Source: Octopus bimaculoides
Lineage: Eukaryota
DNA length: 38,202 nt
Direction: 5' to 3'
Assembly (NCBI RefSeq): GCF_001194135.2
Contig: NC_069002.1
Span: 30,456,436 to 30,494,637, forward strand
The position numbers were made by a program, and so were the translations under genes. The first letter of the stretch is position 1, and each line of letters begins with the position of its first letter. Shown here piece by piece: positions 33,925 through 38,202 of this stretch. The notes below the pieces were generated by a model. That model searched no databases. It was not told the origin of the DNA and was given only the letters and a program-made list of their open reading frames with translations.

Positions 33925-34111
33925 ATTTGGCTGAATCGTTAGCACGCTGGGCGAAATGCTTAGCGGCTTTTCGTCAATCCTGACGTTCCGAGTTCAAATT
34001 TCACTGAGGTCGACTTTGCCTTTCATCTTTTTGGAAATACCAAATGAATACTGGAGTCGATATAAGTGACTTACACCACCCCAAATTGTACGCCTTGTGC
34101 CTATAGTAGAA

Positions 34112-34145
<34 letters not shown>

Positions 34146-34265
34146 CGTCGAGGTCGACCTTGCTTTTCTTCCTTTCGAGATCGATAAAATAAGTACCAGT
34201 TGAATCGACTCATCCCTTCTCCGAAAATGACTGCCCTTGTGGCAAAATTCGAAACCATTATTGTC
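33925..34265 (+). mobile_element. Two SINE C copies separated by (ATT)n
   Basis: Cores at ~34008 and ~34150; (ATT)n at 34112-34144. Confidence 0.85.
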
Positions 34266-34874
34266 ATTTTTACATCAATCACATCAGGTAAGTCNNNNNN
34301 NNNNNNNNNNNNNNNNNNNNNNNNNNNNNNNNNNNNNNNNNNNNNNNNNNNNNNNNNNNNNNNNNNNNNNNNNNNNNNNNNNNNNNNNNNNNNNNNNNNN
34401 NNNNNNNNNNNNNNNNNNNNNNNNNNNNNNNNNNNNNNNNNNNNNNNNNNNNNNNNNNNNNNNNNNNNNNNNNNNNNNNNNNNNNNNNNNNNNNNNNNNN
34501 NNNNNNNNNNNNNNNNNNNNNNNNNNNNNNNNNNNNNNNNNNNNNNNNNNNNNNNNNNNNNNNNNNNNNNNNNNNNNNNNNNNNNNNNNNNNNNNNNNNN
34601 NNNNNNNNNNNNNNNNNNNNNNNNNNNNNNNNNNNNNNNNNNNNNNNNNNNNNNNNNNNNNNNNNNNNNNNNNNNNNNNNNNNNNNNNNNNNNNNNNNNN
34701 NNNNNNNNNNNNNNNNNNNNNNNNNNNNNNNNNNNNNNNNNNNNNNNNNNNNNNNNNNNNNNNNNNNNNNNNNNNNNNNNNNNNNNNNNNNNNNNNNNNN
34801 NNNNNNNNNNNNNNNNNNNNNNNNNNNNNNNNNNNNNNNNNNNNNNNNNNNNNNNNNNNNNNNNNNNNNNNNTA

Positions 34875-35015
34875 GGATTCGAAACTTATATTTATAAAAG
34901 CCTGATGATTTTGGCCTGAATTTCCGCCTCGGCGGAATTTGAACCCCAAAACCAAGAACGGATGAAATGCGACTAAGCATTCTTGTCCGGCGTGCTAACG
35001 ATTTTTTCCAGTTCA
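34875..35015 (-). mobile_element. SINE C head fragment
   Basis: CCTCGGCGGAATTTGAAC..TAAGCATT..CGGCGTGCTAACGATT. Confidence 0.7.
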
Positions 35016-35077
35016 CAGACAACTAAATATTATGACTTGGTTTTGTACGGGAAAAGTGAAGGCGCGTGGCTTGGTGG

Positions 35078-35355
35078 TTAGGGTAATCGGTTCACGATTG
35101 CAAAGTCATGAGTTCGACTCTTGGTGACGCGTTGCGTCCTTGAACAAAACACTTTATTTCACGTTGCTCCAGTCCACTTAAGCCGACAAAGATGAGTTGC
35201 ACTTGTCGGTCAAGAAAGGGCCAGCCTTGTAGCATTCTCTGTCACGCTGAATCTCCCTGAGAATTACATTAAGGGTACACGTGTCTGTGGAGTACTCAGC
35301 CACTTGCACGTTAATTTCACGAGCAAGCTGTTGCATTGATCAGATCAACTGGAAT
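35078..35355 (+). mobile_element. SINE family D
   Basis: GGCGCGTGGCTTGGTGGTTAGGG head, GAGTTCGACTC B-box, 3' module as at 17755-17865. Confidence 0.9.
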
Positions 35356-35359
35356 ACTA

Positions 35360-35527
35360 GAGGCTGGTCCTTTGAGTTACAAGTACGACTCATTTTTGTT
35401 AGCTGAGTGGACTGAAGCAAGGTGAAATAAAGTGTCTTGCTCAAGAATAACAATGCGTTGCCAGAAATCGAACTTATGACCTTACGATTGTGAGCCGAAT
35501 ATACTAACCACTAAATCTCGCGCCTAG
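35360..35527 (-). mobile_element. SINE D head half, inverted relative to its neighbour
   Basis: Reverse complement reads TTAGTGGTTAG.ATATTCGGCTCAC..AGTTCGATTTC..TTCTTGAGCAAGACACTTTATTTCAC. Confidence 0.88.
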
Positions 35528-35599
35528 GGGTACCCTTAACATAATTTCCGAGGTGGAATCAGTCTGAAACAAAGGTGTAATTTTTGAATTACAGATACA

Positions 35600-35770
35600 A
35601 TCCACTCGACGGGTTTCGACACAGTCTCCTTCAACCCACTTCCACTCACAAAGTACGGGTCGACCTGGGACTAAAGAAAATTTGTCCAGCACGCCACGCA
35701 TTGGAGTCGAACCCAGGAACCTGGTGGTTGCAAAGCAAATTTCCTAACTACACGTCCAGAATGCACCTTA
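35600..35770 (-). mobile_element. SINE A head, old and degenerate
   Basis: TCCACTCACAAAG..GGTCGACC..CCACGCA.TGGA.TCGAACCC.GGAACC. Confidence 0.6.
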
Positions 35771-35880
35771 ATTATATTTCTAATTAAACGCAATAACTCT
35801 ACTTTTGCTATTTGTCAATTAAGTAATTGCGAGATTATCCAGGCAGATGAGTTTTTAATTAACAAGGAAATCTGTTTGTG

Positions 35881-35975
35881 TGACGTCAGATAAAACAGCA
35901 TAAATTAAGAAGCTGGAGGCAGTGGCGGCGGCAGCGGTGTTTGTAATGTAAACATGGACGGAAGATCGCCTGGAA
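35881..35975. promoter_or_regulatory. Promoter-like patch (CRE TGACGTCA, GC-rich leader, CGGAAG)
   Basis: Motifs read directly in unique, CpG-rich DNA; function is inferred only. Confidence 0.25.
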
Positions 35976-36394
35976 ACAAATACCTTCAAGTGACATATAC
36001 GATGTAGACAAGGTTATAATTTAAGCTCTGTGTCATCATGATACACGTCTGTATGTTCTGCTTATCCAAAGTATATATATTTTCTTATACATGTTTCGTG
36101 ATTTATGCGAGAGTTGAAAATACTGAAGAATATTGGTAAATACTGGGAGAGATTTATTGCAGAATAGTTACAAATTCAAATAGAAAACTGGAAAATTTGG
36201 GGTATTATTTACTCCGTGTTACATATGTTTTTTTTTTTTACCAACAGGAATTACGTAGGTGTACATGTAGAAAAACATGCAACACATCTTTTTATGGTTT
36301 TAGTTGTTTATTATTGGTTTACAGCTGTTTCAGATATACATTTACGCGCGTTAATGGTTCAGTTACACACGCACACACACACACACGTTATTCT

Positions 36395-36535
36395 TCTCCT
36401 TGTTTCAGACATTTGACTGCGGCTTTAGTCGCGCAAATCGACGCCAGGACTTATTTTTCGGATTCTTTTTACCGAAACGCTAAGTTACGGAGACGTAAAC
36501 GTACCAGCATCAGTTGTCAAGCGATGTTGGACACA
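36395..36535 (-). mobile_element. SINE A 3' half
   Basis: TTTAGTCG.GCAAATCGAC.CCAGGACTTA..CTAAGTTACGG.GACGTAAAC..CCAGCATC.GTTGTCAAGCGATGTTGG. Confidence 0.85.
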
Positions 36536-36762
36536 CAGCCACGACTGCGCCTATATTGTACATAATTTCATTAAAAAATAGCCATTTTAAAGAAAGTTAT
36601 GAGAAAATATTTCCGTAGTTATCCAAAGTGTTTTTCATTTCTGAGATAGTAGGGTATGATTTTAAAGAAAATGAAACTGCTATTTCTAAGAAGCTAAGTA
36701 ACCTGATAAAACCGTAAAAGGTAACTTCGTTACAAGGAAGAATAAATTATAAATACATGACA

Positions 36763-36780
36763 GCCAGTAGGGGGCGCCTG
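36763..36780 (+). promoter_or_regulatory. CTCF-like motif GCCAGTAGGGGGCGCC
   Basis: Close match to the bilaterian CTCF core CC(A/G)(C/G)(C/T)AG(A/G)(G/T)GGCG. Confidence 0.4.
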
Positions 36781-37097
36781 TGTGCTGTGAAAAAACTATT
36801 AACCTTTCATTTGACAAATCCATAACTATGTAGTTGGTATTAAATTACTGTTTGGTGGGTTTTAAGGATTAAGCTGTATTTTTTTTTTAATTTTCAAGTA
36901 GGTTTTTAAAAACTTAATCAGTAAGTGGGGGTAAGGGTTTTAAATTTGAATATGAGCCGAGGTACCCTCTTAGTCATTCATCATTCCCGTCCGTCGTCAA
37001 AATCACTTGTTCACTGGTGTGTTATTTTAAAATTTCACTTGCACATTCTTACTAATCACCATGCATCTCTTCCTCTCTCTCTCTCTCNNNNNNNNNN

Positions 37098-37139
<42 letters not shown>

Positions 37140-37250
37140 TACATATAGATATAAATATATAACATATATATACACATATAATGCATGTATATATAAAACA
37201 TATATAGACGCACAAATATATAATGTGTGTGTACACACACACCACACACA

Positions 37251-38152
37251 CAGGGTGCGATGGGTAAATTATCGTCCTCTTATATTTTTTATTTTATGCA
37301 TGCGCATTGTTTGTTTTTGATTTTGTCGACTACACAGTATCGCAGGGTCACCGTCTGCAAGAAAAACAACACTATGACACAATTTTCTCTACCAGAAATT
37401 TGGAAACAACATGGTGTACTGCTTGGCATTCACGCCGGAAGCTCCAAAACGAACATTTCAGAATGTTCGGGAGGACAGCGCAATCTGAGGACATGTGCCG
37501 AGAGTGATAAAAATCAAACATCCAGTCAACATCATGGTGTTTGGAGTGATCACTAGTGATGACGACGTTATGCCTCCAGTCATCTTCTCACACGGCCTAA
37601 GACTCAACACAGAAGTCTACATCAAGTGCATGGAAGAGGTAGTGCTGCCCTGGGTCAAGATGGTGGCTACTGGTAGATCGGAAGTCTGGCAACAGGACTC
37701 TGCACCATGTCACACAAGGAGGAGAACTTATTCATGGCTGTCAGACGGTTTCTGCGGCCACATCTCCCCTAACATCTGGCCACCTAACTCCCTACACTGC
37801 AACCCCCTTTGTTATTTTGTGTGGGGTGCAGTTGAGCGAGAGATGAACAAAACTCCTTGTAACACCAAAGATGAACTGAAGGCAAGGATTATGGCAACAT
37901 TCACCAACTTAAACCAGGAGACCGCCCAGAAGAGTTGCAGGAGATTCCGAAGTCGTCTGGAGGCTGTGGTTGAAGCCAATGGCGATTTTATTGAATAAAT
38001 TTACTCTTTAGCATTTCAAGATTTATATATTAATCGTATAGTATTTATTCATAAAGTTTCTTAAAAACATTCAATAGCAAAGTATAAAGAAACAACGTTG
38101 GAAATCTTTGGAAATTATTCCAATGAAAGGACGAACTTACATTCATCCATTG
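37251..38152 (+). mobile_element. Internally deleted maT (DD37D) element
   Basis: 5' end CAGGGTGCGATGGGTAAATT (Tc1/maT-type CAGGGTG terminus); possible degenerate right TIR AAAGGACGAACTTAC.. at ~38126-38152. Confidence 0.65.
37495..37998 (+). pseudogene. maT/DD37D transposase C-terminal half; third catalytic D replaced by C
   Basis: VMVFG-like, WQQDSAPCH and WPPNS..CNPL(C)YFVWG motifs, 37 residues between D2 and the D3 position, and an EAVVEANGDFIE end. The N-terminal start (ATG 37374) is in another frame with the HTH and D1 deleted. Confidence 0.93.
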
Positions 38153-38202
38153 AAAAATATATATATATATATTTAAAAGTATATCTATAATATAAATTGA
38201 AG

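Overview
Eukaryotic, AT-rich, repeat-saturated draft-assembly DNA with 12 N gaps, most of them next to microsatellites. The mix of tRNA-headed SINEs and very long (AT)/(AC)/(ATT)/(TCTA) arrays resembles an Octopus genome; this is inferred from remembered repeat sequences, not from a search. No intact host gene, RNA gene or CRISPR array can be supported. The only convincing protein-coding remnants are broken transposon ORFs: an internally deleted DD34D mariner with both TIRs (13.7-14.5 kb), a 5' half of a SPIN/Buster-type hAT (29.3-30.5 kb), two DD37D (maT) fragments (29.1 kb and 37.3-38.0 kb) and two LINE C-terminal scraps. Most of the rest is three SINE families (my labels A, C, D), a (GAT)n-tailed retroposon (B) and microsatellites. 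The features most worth following up are: two unrelated fold-back elements built around TTAGGG repeats (a 634-bp MITE with perfect 29-bp TIRs and a 6-bp TSD, and a 143-bp palindrome with a (TTAGGG)n-(CCCTAA)n centre); modular SINEs that chain at (ATT)n; a sharp rise in CpG density near 27.5-28 kb; and a promoter-like patch plus a CTCF-like motif near 36 kb.
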